Of a DNA stretch of 64,000 nucleotides, positions 1-14,860 are shown in pieces. The notes beneath the pieces are model-generated. The model worked only from the letters and a program-made list of their open reading frames with translations. It had not been told where the DNA came from and searched no databases. A program made the translations under genes and the position numbers. How positions within the stretch are numbered: position 1 is the first letter of the stretch; the number at the start of each line of letters is the position of its first letter. The stretch covers positions 70,432,001 through 70,496,000 of the forward strand of contig OX597817.1 in the NCBI GenBank assembly GCA_951406725.2, given 5' to 3'. The stretch comes from Octopus vulgaris. Taxonomy: Eukaryota.

Positions 1-1678
1 CCAACACCATATCACAGAGAATAATTAAATAGTAATTCAACCACCACCTCCACCACTACCACTTCCACCACTACCACCTCCACCACTACCACCTCACTCC
101 TTTCATTCCACAGCACTTTCCACTAGCTAACACTTGCTAGAAGTTATAATCAATGGACTTTAAAATTATATACAACTTGCACGACTCATTGCTATGAAAA
201 TATAAATACAGCAACTCATAGCTATTTACATTTTGTTGTTGTTGTTGTTGTCACTGTTGTTTAGTTCAAGGTCAACCATGATCAAATGCATTCCAACTGC
301 AACCATCCTGCTTGTTTCTTTTGTGTATGTTTGTTTTTTTCTCCTTCTACTTCAGATTATGTATCTAGGACTGCATCATCCAGTTAAATGATATGCTATA
401 AGTTAGGTTTGAGTGCTATTTCTAGGAGACAAAGTGACAACAGAGAGCAGACATTGGTACATATTGTACAATTTTGTCTCCCATCCTTTAAGGCAGGAGA
501 GAGTGGGAGAATGAAAAATATCAGTCCGAAATGGAAGATTGACAAAACCATAAAATCTTCAGACTGGATGACCTGCAGTATTTGTTCCAGCTCTTTACAT
601 TCTGAGTTCAAACCTCATTGTGGCCTACTTTGATGATTGATTTAATTCTTTGTTTAACACTACCACCAGGTCCTTGGTCAAGTCCTTTCAGTATTTGTCC
701 CAGCTCTTTACATTCAGAGTTCAAATTTCATTGTAACCTGCTTGGACAGTAAACTTAATTCATTGTCCAGTTTAACACAACCACCTGGTCCTTGGGCAGG
801 TTTTGTCAAGTCCTCTCCATTGTAAGCAATCAAGCCAGGCTTCAATTTGTAGACACTTTCCTCCCTCTCTCCCTCTCATTGATCTCAGAGGCTCTGTAAA
901 GAGTCATGGGTACTGCCTTCACTCTAAACTAAAACATGACCCCAACAACCTATAAACATTGTCCATTTTCAACCACTAGGTAATGGCAAAGTTGGGTTTC
1001 ACATATTTTCTTTGGTTCACAGAATACCATTAGGTTCTTTTGAAATGAGTTGGAAAATACCAGTATATCACCCACCCATCCCAACTACTCCGGCTTCTCT
1101 CACCATCATTTGCTACAGTCAAATCTTGCCCCATCTCTAAACATCTCCCCTCACATTCTGATGGAACATCCCCTCTATCTATTTTGTATCATTTATACTC
1201 CACTCCACTGTCTCATGTGGGTCTGTCCCAATGTATCTCCAACACCATCTATTTCTCTCTCTCACTCTGACTGTCTATCTTTCTTTTTAACTCCATCTCT
1301 CTTCCCTTTCTTTTCCTATTGGGATAGCCAAATGTTTCCTTCATAGTAAGACACCTATCTCTATCCCTCTATTATACTCTAACCTTTCGCCTGGCACAAA
1401 GTCACTTCCTTCATTTCCACTCCTTCTCTGAGACGCCTTTGTCTGGAAAGTCACTTAGTGACCCCACTTATGTTGGTATCATGTAAAGAGCACTAGTGCT
1501 GGTGCCACATAAAAGGCACCCAGTACACTCTGTAGAGTGGTTCACATCAGGAAGGGCATCAAGCTGTAGAAACCATAGCAAAGCAGAGAATGGACCCGGT
1601 GTAGTTCTCTGGGTTGCCAACTCCTATCAAACTGCCCAACCCATGCCAGCAAGGAGGACAAACATTATATTATTATTA

Positions 1679-1709
<31 letters not shown>

Positions 1710-2445
1710 AGTATCTTTAATGCACTGCACCACTGCACTAGTGCATGTTCATTCCTTTGCAGTAAAGTATAATACATGTGCTCATCTTTGCCCTGCTGCA
1801 TAGCACTGAGGACAAGTGTCTTCGACTACAGCCCTAGGCTGACCAAAGCCTTGTGAATGGATTTGGCTGACAGAAACTAAAGAAACCTGATGTGTATATA
1901 GCAATTCAATAGCAAAAAAAAAAAATCAAATACAAGATCAGCAGAAGTCCAAAGGATGTTCACACCAGACCTGTCTCCAGATTTTGGTGTCTGGGGGGTT
2001 GGGATGCATCAGAATATTCTGGGTGAATGCTAATGTGTAATAACGCTAAAACGGAGTTTCAAAATAAGTGTAACACTGTAAATCTGAAGGTGCAGCATTA
2101 AATAGTGAGGGGGCTGAGCCATCCAGGGCACCCCCTTTAGAGACAGGCATGGTTTACACTTACTATTATAAGGCAGATGCTTAAAAAGGAAAACAATTAT
2201 AAAGTAAAAGTTATACAATGAAAGTATAATATTTCAGACATGCATGTGTGCATGTATGTGTGTGTACACACCCATGTCTTGACATCATGATTGTAAATGA
2301 GCATCACGACCATACAAGCAATATTTCCAAGTAAAATATGTCTGGCTATGGGGAAATATTACCTTGCGTGTAAACAAACAGGCGGAGGTTGGTGACAGGA
2401 AGAGCATTTGGCTGTAGAAAATCTGTCTCAAGAAATTTCCTTTAA

Positions 2446-2753
2446 CCCCTTACCCAACAATTATTTTGAAAATAAATGTATTTTTTCAGACATATTTTTT
2501 AATTGTTTTATTTTACTATGTTTTGAATGGTGATTTCGAGGTATATTTCAAACCTTATTTATTATGAATTTTAATTCAATAATATTGATTTTAAATTACT
2601 GCGTTGGGCAGAAACGAGTTAACCCGTTTTTAGACGAAGGAACTCGTTTGCTGTCGATTTTGGCGAGTCTATCTTTTGACGAGTTAACTCGCCAGAGATA
2701 GAAAAAAACGATTTCGGTCAAACCGCATATATTCATTTCTGCCGGGTAAGGGG
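2446..2753. mobile_element. piggyBac-like MITE nested in an RTE-tailed repeat
   Basis: TIR ccccttaccc/gggtaagggg, flanked by TTAA and TCAA; host repeat resumes on the other side (..aaatttcctttaa|gccatgcaggcatg..). Confidence 0.75.
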
Positions 2754-3347
2754 TCAAGCCATGCAGGCATGAAAGAGTAGATATTAAATGATGATGATAA
2801 TAATAACGAGGGTGTTCCATAACACTATTAGTCCTTTATTCAATGTGAACATGAGTGAAAATTATTAGAATAATAACTGACAATCCTTGTATTAACACAG
2901 TATACAGACTGACAAACCTCTTTTTTGCATTGTGTCCAGCTGGGACAGAATACTCTTTGTCAACAGTATAGTGAAAAAATGGTCAGATAGCATAAAGCAA
3001 ATGGTGGCTGATAACATTTTATGGATACCATGAAACAGAAAATGTATAATATCTTATTAATTATTGTTATACTTGAGTATGGTCATACTTTGCCAATTAA
3101 ACACATGCACTATATATTTGATCTTCACTTCAGCTTTATCATTACTATTATCATTTAGTTTCTTTGTCAAAAAAACTAAAATAACAATAATAATAATCCT
3201 TTCTGCTATAGGCACAAGGCTTAAATTTTTAGGGGGAGGGGCCTAGTCGTTTCACTGGTACTTAATTTTACTGATCCCAAAAGGATGAAAGACAAAGTCG
3301 ACATAGACAGAATTTGAACTCAGAACATAGCAGCAGACAAAATACCC

Positions 3348-3574
3348 ATTTCTTTACTACCCACAAGGGGCTAAACACAGAGGGGACAAACAAGGACAGA
3401 CAAACGGATTAAGTCGATTACATCGACCCCAGTGCATAACTGGTACTTAATTTATCGACCTCGAAAGGATGAAAGGCAAAGTCGACCTTGGCAGAATTTG
3501 AACTCAGAACTTAGCAGCAGACAAAATACCATTAAGCATTTCGCCCGACATGCTAACGATTCTACCAGCTCACC
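3348..3574 (-). mobile_element. SINE family D (second partial copy adjacent at about 3200-3345)
   Basis: Reverse complement of 10353-10584. Confidence 0.85.
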
Positions 3575-4829
3575 ATAATAAAGCTGAAATGAAACTGAAT
3601 GTATAATCCATGTGTTTAATTGGCAAAACATGACCAACCCTAAGTATAACAATATCTGTTTCAATACATGATTTCACATCAAGAACCTGGCAAAACAAAC
3701 ACATAATCTTATAAACCCATCATATCCAGCCAAAATATTCAATCTGTTTTATGTTAAAACTGGCCTCCCACACCTGACCACCAATGTCATGCTAAGGAGA
3801 AGCAATCTCATCATTGGAATCCCAAAGCAGCAAGATAATACCAAATTAATTCAAAACCATATAAATAAATGAGCATTTGGCAGAGTAATTTGAATGCTAA
3901 AGGATTAATTATTATGTTTGAAAGTTAGGACTTCCAAATATTTACAAAAGCTGATGGTGTACCAGTGAAATGTAATTGGTTGTAATTACTTTAAAATTTC
4001 AACATTTAACAAATCTTGTGCATCCTGCTGCAATTTTTATTGCATACCCCTGCAGGTGTACATACTCTTAGTTTGAGAACCTAACATCGAAGATTCCTTA
4101 TCACTGTTATTTCTTTATTTAGCCCAAGGTGAACTTTGACGCAATAGACTTACGATTATTTTCAGATATCGTACATCAAAGATTACACTATCCAGCATGT
4201 CCCTTTTTTTAAGACAGTGATGTGCAGTTTGAGGGAGACATGACTGTTTTTTTTTTTCTAGCAGGCCAAGCAATAGTGGTAGCGGTGGCAGTAATGCTGA
4301 TGTCAGTGGTATAGCTGTAGTGTTGCTGGGGTGATGGTTAAGGAAGTGGCAGTGTTGGTATGACAATGACAATGGTGGTGGTGGTGATGGTAGTAGTGGT
4401 GATGTCAATAGGGAAATATGTGTTGGTGGTAGTGGTGGTGGTGGTGGTGGTGGTGGTATGGTGGAGGTGGTATGAGGTGGTATGTCAGTGGGAGTAGGTA
4501 AACCAAGCAACAAAGAAAAAGAAAAGTTGCCCCACCCCCATTGCCCTCCCCCTACCACCAACCCGCCTCTGTCAAATACAAAAGGGGGGAAAAAAAATTG
4601 CCAAGACAATGCAGTGTCTGTATTTTGTGCAGTTCAGTAGACACTGTGTGATTGGCCTTGGTGAAAAAAAAAAGATAAAAGGATTGGTGTGGAGGTGTGA
4701 GGTACAGTGGGTAGTGGGGAGGGCAGTTGCAATGAAGGGTGGTTGTGGGGGGGATTGGAGGGAAGTGGTGGTGGTGAGAACAGGTAAGAACAAATAAAAA
4801 AAAAATAAAGGAATGGAGCGAACATCAAC

Positions 4830-5045
4830 GATGACATCAGCTACTACAACAACAACTACTACTACTACTAACACCACCACTGCCTTTGCTACAGCTGCAA
4901 CAACAATAACCACTACTACTACTGCTACAGCTACAGCTGCAATGATAGCAGCAACAACAATTACTACTGATACTACTACTACTACAACTACAGCTGCAAC
5001 AACAATGGCAATCGCTACAGTTGCAACAAAATTAACAACAGCAAT

Positions 5046-5077
<32 letters not shown>

Positions 5078-5150
5078 TTACTACTGCAGCAACAGTAATG
5101 GTAACTTCTACAACTATTAAAGACAACAACAACAACAACAGTAACAAATT
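4830..5150. repeat. Degenerate (ACT/ACA/GCA)n trinucleotide tract
   Basis: Direct inspection; gives the poly-T and poly-V ORFs. Confidence 0.85.
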
Positions 5151-6776
5151 ACATGAATGCAAAGGAATGCTATACAATAGACACATCCTAACACCATCTG
5201 CACCACCAACTACTACAGCATAAGCAATCATCCAATTGTGTATAGAGAGGTTCTGTCATTGGCCTGTAGAGGTTCCCTCGCTTTACTCTTTTTTTTAGAG
5301 GCAATTGTTGTTTTATTGTTGAGTAGAGTGTGATTATGTGTGCATATGCACACACGCATGTGTACATGCATGTATATGTGTGTGCGTGCCGGGGTTGTAT
5401 TTGAGGATGATTATATCCATAGATATTTGAACTTAGAATGCCAAAAAAAGCTGGAAGCAGATACTGCAAGACATTCCAGCTGAAACTTTATCATCATCAT
5501 CATCATTGTTGTTGTCATCATCATCATTATTTTCACTGTTGTTTAACACTTTTCACTTTTCCATGCTTGCATGCATATGGCTTGGATTGAATTTGTTGAG
5601 ACAGATTTTCTATGGCTGGATGCTCTTCCTATCACTGACCTTCACCTTGGTTCCAAACGAGATATTTCTTCATGACCAGACAGGTTTTCACAGAATATTG
5701 GAAGTGAATGACATTCATTCACAACAACAATCACATGATGTCGAGACAAGGAGATACAAACTTACATATTCACACATATACACGAACACAAATATATTAT
5801 CCCTAACTCTCTACTGAACCCTAGGCCTGAAATTTTCAGCAGTTGCAAACATATACATAAATATATTTTGAAGAATTGGAATATTCTGCCTATATCTGAT
5901 TAACTTGTTGATATCTTTCAAGCCTTATATTTTAAGGTCTAAGGAGGATAACTCTTAACTTTTTTTACTTTTTACATTTCAGTTTTTTTTTTGTTTTGTT
6001 TTCCATTTCTTTTAACCTTCTGCACTTTCTATATACTGCCTTCCCAGCTTTTTTGCACTTCTTCCCTTATTCAATTTTTTAAAAATTTGTTATATGTGGT
6101 TTGTGCTTGATGAATATGTTTGAGATATTTCTCAACACATGAAACTATTAGCTACACTTAAAGACATGTCTTGTGTCTTTAAATAGATAATATATATAAA
6201 AGAGTAAAAGAATATAGGTGTGTATGTGTGTGTATATGTGTGGAGGCACATAGCTGTGTGGTTAGAGTGTTGCACTCACAATTGCGAGATCATGGTTTCA
6301 ATTTCCAGACTGGATGTTGTTTTGTATTCTTGAGCAAAACACTTCAATTTACATTGCTCTGCAATCATTCATCTCATATGTGGCACATGGACATTTGATC
6401 ACAATGAACAAATCATTTGTGAGGTTGTTCAGCAAGTAATTGCTGAGCCCTCATACGTTGTCTAATGACAGTAGAGTCCATGGTGTGTGTGCGTGCGCGT
6501 GTGTGTGTATGTGTGTGTGTGCGCATCCACGCATATGCCACAGACCAGTGATTCCTTTTATTTCAAGATGATCTGAGTACATGGTATTGAGAAGCCACAA
6601 TAACGGTGAAATATGAAGTATCAATATCTACTATTCTCAGTGGTTCCAAAAGTGAGTTGGTGGCCTTTAACTTTAACACTCAGTGTTGTGTAAGAAGCCT
6701 TCCCGGGACACACTATCCTGAAGCAAATTTGGCATATAAACAAAACACATACACTATTCATGTACACCTGATGTTA

Positions 6777-6835
<59 letters not shown>

Positions 6836-9657
6836 ACCCATGCTGCTAGCACATAAAAAGCACCCACTACACTCTAAGAGTGGTTGGTGTTAGGAAGGGC
6901 ATCGAGCTGTAGAAACACTGCCAGATCAGATTGGAGCCTGGTGCAGCCTCATGGCTAGCCAGTCTCCAGTCAAACCATCCAGCCCATGCCAGCATGGAAA
7001 ACGGACATTAAACAATGATGATGATGATGATGATGATATATATAAACATACACACACACATGATGGGTTTCTTTCAGTTTCCATCTACCAAATTTACTCG
7101 AGGCCTGATGCTATAGTATAGGACATTTGTCCAAGATTACCATACAGTGGGACTGAACCCAGAAGCATGTAGTTGGAAAACAATTTTTTAGACCACAAAA
7201 CCATGCTTGCACCGAGCAATACCACAAATCCACCACACTTTATTGACTACCACAGAGGAATCCAAACTCAGAATAAAGGGATCCAAAATAGATACACCAA
7301 GGTAGTCTATATAACATTCTAATGAATATACTAATTTGCCACCATCCTCAGTATTTTGTAGGTATATAATTTATTCAATCCCAAGAATAACGAGAAAAAA
7401 AAATTGGTACTCTGTCAGTTATAGCAACGAGGGTTTCAGTTGATCTGATCAATAGAACAGCATGCTCATGAAATTAACATGTTGGTGGTTGAGCACTCCA
7501 CATACATACACTTTTAACATAGTTCACAAGGAGATTCAGAGTGGCACAAAATATTACAAGGCTGGTCCTTTGAAATACAGGTAGTACTCACTTCTACCAG
7601 CTGAGTAGATTGGAGCAATGTGAAATAAAGTGTCTTATTCAAAAACAGAATGCACCACTAGGAACTGAACTCATGGCCTTATGATTGAGAGCCAAATACC
7701 TTAACCACTAAGCCATTTGAATAAAAGAAAAAAAACAGGAAAACTTTATGCAAATCATTAACTCTAAAGCTCTAATAGTTCTTCAATAACAGTTCCTAAC
7801 TTTGACACAAAGGTAGCAGTTTTGAGGGGAAAGGGTTACTTAAAACCACCAGTCCCAGTACATGCCTGGTGCTTTATTTTACTGACTGACATAGAGAAAT
7901 AGAAGATTGAGCTGATGTTGGCAAGATTTGAACACAGAATGTAAAGAGCTGGAAAAATACTGTAATACATTTTGTCTGACCCTCTTATGCATCTGTCAAA
8001 TTCACTGTCCCTTTTTAATGGACAACAACAAAAGTAACAACAACAACTACATCAATGAAGAACCAACAAGTGAGCATCTATGTGATTATCTAACTTGCTA
8101 GAAATACAGGCAAAACTGTCCTGCAAAATCACACCCTCCTGTCTTAAGAAAAAAGGAAAGGACGCATCACATAATGTAGGTCTAGATACAATATGTCTGA
8201 ATAAAAGACAGGATAATCATCAGTTGGAATGCCTTTAATCATAGGCCTGCAGAATCAGTGCTGACCTGGGGCTAAACAACAACAATGGCAATAACTATAA
8301 TAATCTGCAACAACAATGTGCAGCTGCTGACCAATGTAGAAAGATCATGCACTAAGACTGTGCATTTCAGTGCTACTGAAAGTATGCACATAACTGTTTA
8401 AATATAGCTGCAGGGCACCAAGTATGTTGCAGCTGTACCAGTGTGTGTTTTTATGTATTTGTACATATTTGTAAGTGATTACCTGTGCATATATGAGTCG
8501 GTGTGTATTTCTGGAGGATTATATGCACATATATTTATATATGCATGTGTATATGTGTTTGTGTGTGTATGTGTGCATGTGTGTATTTGTGAGGGGTTAA
8601 GTGCACATGTGTATAGATGTGTGTGTATGCATTTGTAAAGGATTATGTGTGACTGCATTTGTGTGGATATGCACAAGATTATGTCTCTGTGTATATATGT
8701 ATATGCATATATTTTTGAGAGATTACATGTGTTTATGTGTGCACACTGGATGGAGATTATGTTGTGTGTGTGTATGTGTGTGTGTTTATGAAGCTGTATT
8801 TATGGGTGTAAGGAATTATGCATCTATGTACATATGAGCAGGCTAATATTTGTGTGTTAGTGTGCTTGAGTGTGTTTATTTGAAGGTAACTATGTCTATA
8901 GATGTTTGTGTTTGAGCATGTGTGTGTATGTGTGTGGCTGAGTAAAATTAGAATTATGGAGAAATGTGTGTGTATATGTCCATGCACCACAGTAAGTGTA
9001 TTCATTTTGTGTATATGTGTGCATGACTATATTTTTAAATGTGTATGTAATTAGAATGTGTGTGTATGTGTGAGAAAGTGTGCATGTGCACATGTACAAG
9101 TGTTTGTGCATGCATAATGAAATTGTGTGCAGATGTGGCAACCTCCAGGGATAGAGAGGGGACACATCCTTCTACATGCACATATGCATTTTTAATATGT
9201 GTGTGTGTGTGTGAGAGAGAGAGATAGAGAGATAGAGAGTACATAGATTAAGCCAGAGCCTAATGATGAAGAATTTCACTTCACAACCATGATGCCCCAG
9301 GTTCAATCTCACTGTACAGTACCTTTGGCAACTTTTCTGCCATATCCTTAAATTTACCCAAGTGTTCTCAATAAAATTTTATTGACAAACAGACAAGCAC
9401 TGTGTTGCCAGCTGGACTGTACATGGTATTCAAACAACCAACCTTACCATATGCAATGTGTACACTGATTTTACCTGAAGATTACATGAAGAATGAAAGA
9501 GAAGTACTCAACTACTGATGCTCCTACACAAAGAGTTGGTTTTTGGTATACAGATTTTATGCATTAATAGTCTTACCATTCATGATAAACCCATGACAAG
9601 AATGCAATTGCTCAGTAAATAGTATTCATCCAAATCCTGACAAACTATTTTTAATAA

Positions 9658-9691
<34 letters not shown>

Positions 9692-9696
<5 letters not shown>

Positions 9697-9850
9697 GATA
9701 GTCTGCTCCTTATGCAGAGTTTGACCACCTCCTGTACCTACACCTTAGAACCATCATGGCATCTGATGTGGCTTTTTAAACCAGACAATGTTTTGAAAAG
9801 ATACCCACATAAATTGTATATCTGATTTGGACCAAGAGCTGCAGTTAAAT
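9692..9850 (-). mobile_element. 3' end of a second RTE-like lineage with a C-terminal C2H2 finger remnant
   Basis: Minus strand reads YNLCGYLFKTLSGLKSHIRCH, then a short UTR running into (TA)n; related gaccaagagctgcagt segment also near 41228. Confidence 0.6.
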
Positions 9851-9869
9851 TCTGATCTCTTTTTTTCTC

Positions 9870-10700
9870 TCTATTTAGAACATTTTCCATAGCTTTTCAA
9901 CATATTCTGTTAAGGGATCTAGTTTATCAGGATACAGATTTCTCAAGTACATCTGGTCCTGAATACAAATACCACTACCTAAAGAGCAAGAATTAATGAT
10001 ATAGGACTGAGAACAGATCCTTGATAAATATCTACCTTTATACTAATTTCACCACTAAATCCACTTCCATTTTTGATCTTGCATACAAAACAATTAGCCT
10101 GGACAGCTATTATTATAAACCATTCAGCAACACCATACTGCAGTTTCAGTGCCAACTAGACTACAGAGCAAGGGACAAAATTGAAGGCCTTTTTCTGGGC
10201 TGAAAAATGCAAAACAGAGCTATTAATTCTATTCAAACTGTCTCGCAATAAACTCATTGTGTCATTTGACACTCTAGTTCAAACGAAAATTGCATTTATC
10301 TAAACAATCCCTCATCATGCACTAACTTTGATACAAAGTTTGCTATATTCATGGACGGCGAGCTGGCAGAAACGTTAGCGTGCCAGACGAAATGCTTAGC
10401 GGTATTTCATCTGCCATTATGTTCTGAGTTCAAATTCCGCCAAGGTTGACTTTGCCTTTCATCCTTTCGGGGTCAATAAATAAAGGACCAGTTTCACACT
10501 GGGGTCGATGTAATTGACTTAATCCCTTTGTCTGTCCTTGTTTGTCCCCTCTATGTTTAGCCCCTAGTGGGCAGTAAAGAAATATATTTTGAATATGTAT
10601 TCACCAGTTTGAAGCCTCCACAACTATTCTTCTCCAGGAGAGAGGGACATCCTTGCTCTGGTATTAATAAACAATGGTACAGGTATGTTGATGCTGAAGA
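9870..10700 (-). pseudogene. Old RTE RT fragment interrupted by a family D SINE
   Basis: Minus-strand translations LEKNSCGGFKLV, KAFNFVP, EWFIIIAVQA, KVDIYQGSVLSP align to the intact RT (LDRNNYRGIKLL, KAFDRVP, EWLIRAVQA, EVGVHQGSALSP). Confidence 0.75.
10353..10584 (+). mobile_element. SINE family D
   Basis: gagctggcagaaacgttagc...gagttcaaattcc...gcctttcatcctttcggggtc...gtaaagaaata. Confidence 0.88.
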
Positions 10701-10828
10701 GCAAGCAAAAAATATCTGCTGTTCAGTACATGGAAAGATGTGGTGAGGTCAGGTGTAAACATATTGGGTTTTACGGATAGATTGCATGGGATTGAATAGA
10801 GAGAAGGAATATTATGCTAGCCATCCTA

Positions 10829-11131
10829 TTGTTTGTTCCTTCTCGAGCCATGCCTGACTCATAAGGGCCGGTTTCCCGGTTTCCTTGGTGTATAGGTTCC
10901 CCACCTGGACGGGAAACCGGTCCATCGCAGGTAAGCTGCAAGATGCAGGAGGAAAGAGTGAGAGAAAGTTGTGGCGAAAGAGTCAGCAGAAGTTTGCCAT
11001 TACCTTCTGCCAGAGCCGCGTGGAGCTTAGGTGTTTCGCTCATAAACACACACACATCACCCGGTCTGAGATTCGAACCATGATCCCTCGACCACGAGTC
11101 CACTGCTCTAACCACTAGGCCATGTGCCTCC
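10829..11131 (-). mobile_element. SINE family B (A-type head, different tail ending gagaaggaacaaacaa)
   Basis: Head shared with family A up to ctctcactctttcc, then diverges. Confidence 0.82.
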
Positions 11132-13320
11132 ACAGCCATCCTATAGACATGTCTGATCAAGGCTAGCAAGAAAAAAATAGATTTTTAAAAAGAATAATAA
11201 CAATGATGATACTGACAATGACAGATTAAACCTGTACATATTAAGAGTCATATGACCAAAGAGTAGTGCAATGGCCATTACTCCTGTTGTTGCTGGGATT
11301 AGCTTAGATTCTACATCAAAGTGCAATAATTAAGAAGATGGAATAGAAGAGGAGAGAGAGAGAGAGCAAAGTTAAAAGAGTGGAATGTAAAGAGAGAAAG
11401 GGAGACAAATGAGGAAAGCAAAGTAAATATAAACATATTTAACAAAGATGACCACTGACTGCAGCAGTGCTGTTGTTGTTGTTGTCATTGGTGGTGGTTA
11501 CAGTAATGGTGGTAGTTGTGGGGATAATGGTCAAGTTGACGGTAGCAGCAATGGAAGGAAGTAGTCATAGTGACAATGATGATGATGATGATGATGACGA
11601 CAATGTTATGGATGAAGGTGTTGGTTGTGAGGGTGGCAGGTGATAACAAGTGATGGTGAGGTTCATGTTAAAGGGTGGTGTTGTGAAGTTGGTGATGGTG
11701 GTGGGAGGTGTGTGTGTGTGTGGAGGGCGATCTTTAGTAGATGGTTGAAGCAGACAATGACAGCAGGTGGTGGTGGTGACAATGACAAGTGGTTGTGTTA
11801 TGGTGGTTGTAGTGGTGACTGTGACAAGGTGATGGTAATAGTGGTGATTGCAATGATGATGATGGTGCTGGTGACGGTGCTGCTGCTGCTGGTGGGGGTG
11901 GGGGTGATAGTGACAGTGGTGACTGCAATCCATGGTGAAGGTGGTACAGGAACATCAAATATAATGACATGTCCTAATAGTTATTAAAGCCCCAAGACAA
12001 CAATGGAAATGTGCAGACACCCTCCCCCCCCAGCCACCAGATACCTCAAGCCACACCTGCAATTTTACACACACACACACACACACATACATACATACAT
12101 ACATACATACATACATACATACATACATACATACATACATACACATATACACATAGGACAATGAGGGAGTCTCTGTGTGGTCACAGCAATCAAATCTTCT
12201 CAATTCACATATTGCTGTTAGAAAAGGACACGTTAGAAAATGTAGACCTGTGTTTCCATACCCATAGGGAAAAGACAGGATGGTCACAGCTGGAATGACT
12301 GAGTCTATTTACCACAACTGCTCTAGACTAAACAACAAAAACCTACACACACACACACACTACATCGCCAATCTTATCCTAAACCACTAACAATACTTAG
12401 GCTATAAACCACAAATTTATAAAAAATACAAGGCTAGAAATGATGTGATGTTCAGGAATTTCTATAGATGGCCAGCAGAGTATGATGAACCAATCTGCAT
12501 TGAATCAAGGATCAAGACTGCATGGATAGATAGATGAACTGATGAATGGATAAATGAATCAATCATTACAGTTTTTTTTTTGTGTTTGTTGTTTCTACAT
12601 CATTCCTAATCACTACTAACTCCAAATGATAGATTCTTTACATGGCAAGACAACCTGCTTTACACAATAGGAAACAGGGCACTAAAATAGGACACTAACA
12701 TAATGTGGTCCCAAGTCCAGTACATATAGGAAAAAGAGGGTGTGGTCACAACTAGAACATTTCAATTATTATAGGTCTGTTAAAAATCAAGAACAAGAAA
12801 CAACAATAAGCCAAAGAAGGAAATCTCTATGTGGTTTGTTGGTATGCTAGAAATTGCAGTTAAATCTCCTTCAAATGACACTACTGTCTATAAAAAGAAT
12901 AGGTTAAACAATGTGGTTTTGTGTTCCCTGCACATGGAACAAAGATGGAATGGTCACAGGTATGCTGGATCAAGATTGACCTGAGACTAAACAACAGAGT
13001 AAATGAAGGAGTCTCTACTTTGCTTTCTTTAAAAACTAAAATAAGCAGACATCTGATAATGTGCTCTTGGATGCACAGAGATATGATGGCCAGAGCTTTA
13101 ACTCCTTCCAACTACTGCTAATGCAATATAACTGGCATTCCATTGGCTACAATGAAGAGGATTCCAGTTGATCCGATCAACAGAACAGACTGCTTGTGAA
13201 ATTAACATGCAAGTGGCTGAGTGAACATTCCACAAATGCATACCCTCAGCATAGGTCTGAGGGAGATTCAGCATGACACAGAATGTGACAAGGATGGCCC
13301 TTTGAAAAACAGGTACAACT

Positions 13321-13487
13321 CCAGATTTTTATGCTACCGGAATAAACAAACTTGTAACTCATTGGAAAAAATATGTTGACTGTAATGGTACCTAATTTGA
13401 TGAATAAAATTTGATGAATAAAATTTCTGCATTGTGATGAATTTTATGTTTCAAATCATCGCTTACATTTCACTCAGTCAGACATAT
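13321..13487 (+). mobile_element. Mariner 3' fragment
   Basis: PDFYATGINKLVTHWKKYVDCNGT*FDE* matches the mariner transposase C-terminus (FY..GI.KL..RW.KCVD.NG.YF). Confidence 0.75.
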
Positions 13488-14702
13488 ATGTATGTATATA
13501 TATTTCCATGTTTGCATAAGTCATGAAATTCACAGAGAATGACTTTTCTGCAGCTCAATGCCCTTCCTGCTACAAACCCTCATCTGTTTACAAGTAACGT
13601 ATTATTTCGTTTGACAGGATATGATTTTACAGAAAACTGAAAACAGATACTCACTCACAATTATCATGTAATTTCAAGACAAGGAATCATATAAACACAC
13701 ATATCTATATACGACAGGCTTCTTCCATTTTCCAACAACCAAATCTACATGCAAAACTTTGGCTAACCTGGAGCTATATTAGAAGACACCTGTTCAAGAT
13801 GCAATGCAGTGGGACTGAACCCAAAAGTATGTGGCTGCAAAGTATAAAAGTGTCTTCTGCTGCATACCTGAGCTGGCCAATGTCTTGTGAGTGTATTTTG
13901 TAGACAGAAGCTGTGCAGAAGCTTGTTGTAAAGTATTGTTCCATGCAAGGTTATAGAAAAAGACACATGCCCAGAGTGCCTTCGAGTGAGATAGAACTTG
14001 AAACAATGAGGTTCCAAAGCAATCTCCAAAATCCAAATATCTGTGCCAGCACCTATGTGTGCACTTGTGTATGTTATTATCAAGGGGTTGTTTTACACTG
14101 AATGTGCTTCCTCTCACTACAAACCTTGCCTGTTAGGGATCTCTTATTCCACACATCTTCAAAAGTGCAAAGCCAAGCAGATGATTTGCTGGAAACAGAA
14201 ATGGTAACAACATCACTGCTCAGCGATTTGTGGAGAAGCAAGTACAAATGTAAATAGTAGCAGACAGGATTTTACTGCTTCTCTTTACCAAATCCACTCA
14301 CAGGGCTTCAGTCAGCTCAGGGCTATAACAGAAAACACTTGCTCAAGACCACAACACAGTGGGGTTGAACTCAAAACCGTGTTGTTAGGAAATAAACGTC
14401 TTTACCACAGCGCAATATCTGCACCTATTCATGCGTGTATGCACATACATTATAAAGCTTCTGATTTTGATAGTTGAGAGTTGTAATGGGATTTTGCTTG
14501 CTTCATTTCCTTCTTGTCTTCACAAATCCTGCACATTCAAAACTCATGTGTCACTTCCATGCAGTTATCCCCTTCGGAGACAAGCATCATAAAATCTGCC
14601 CTTCATTTCGAAGGGGAGGCTCTTCATTACCAGCAAGGACAATCACTCTCTGAACTTCTTCCAATCTGTTCTAATGCTGGTTACTAATTTTGCAGGATGC
14701 TA

Positions 14703-14860
<158 letters not shown>

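Noticed and set aside
4572-5231. Thr-rich and Val-rich ORFs resembling mucin or membrane proteins
   Set aside because: Degenerate trinucleotide repeat; no splice context or domain
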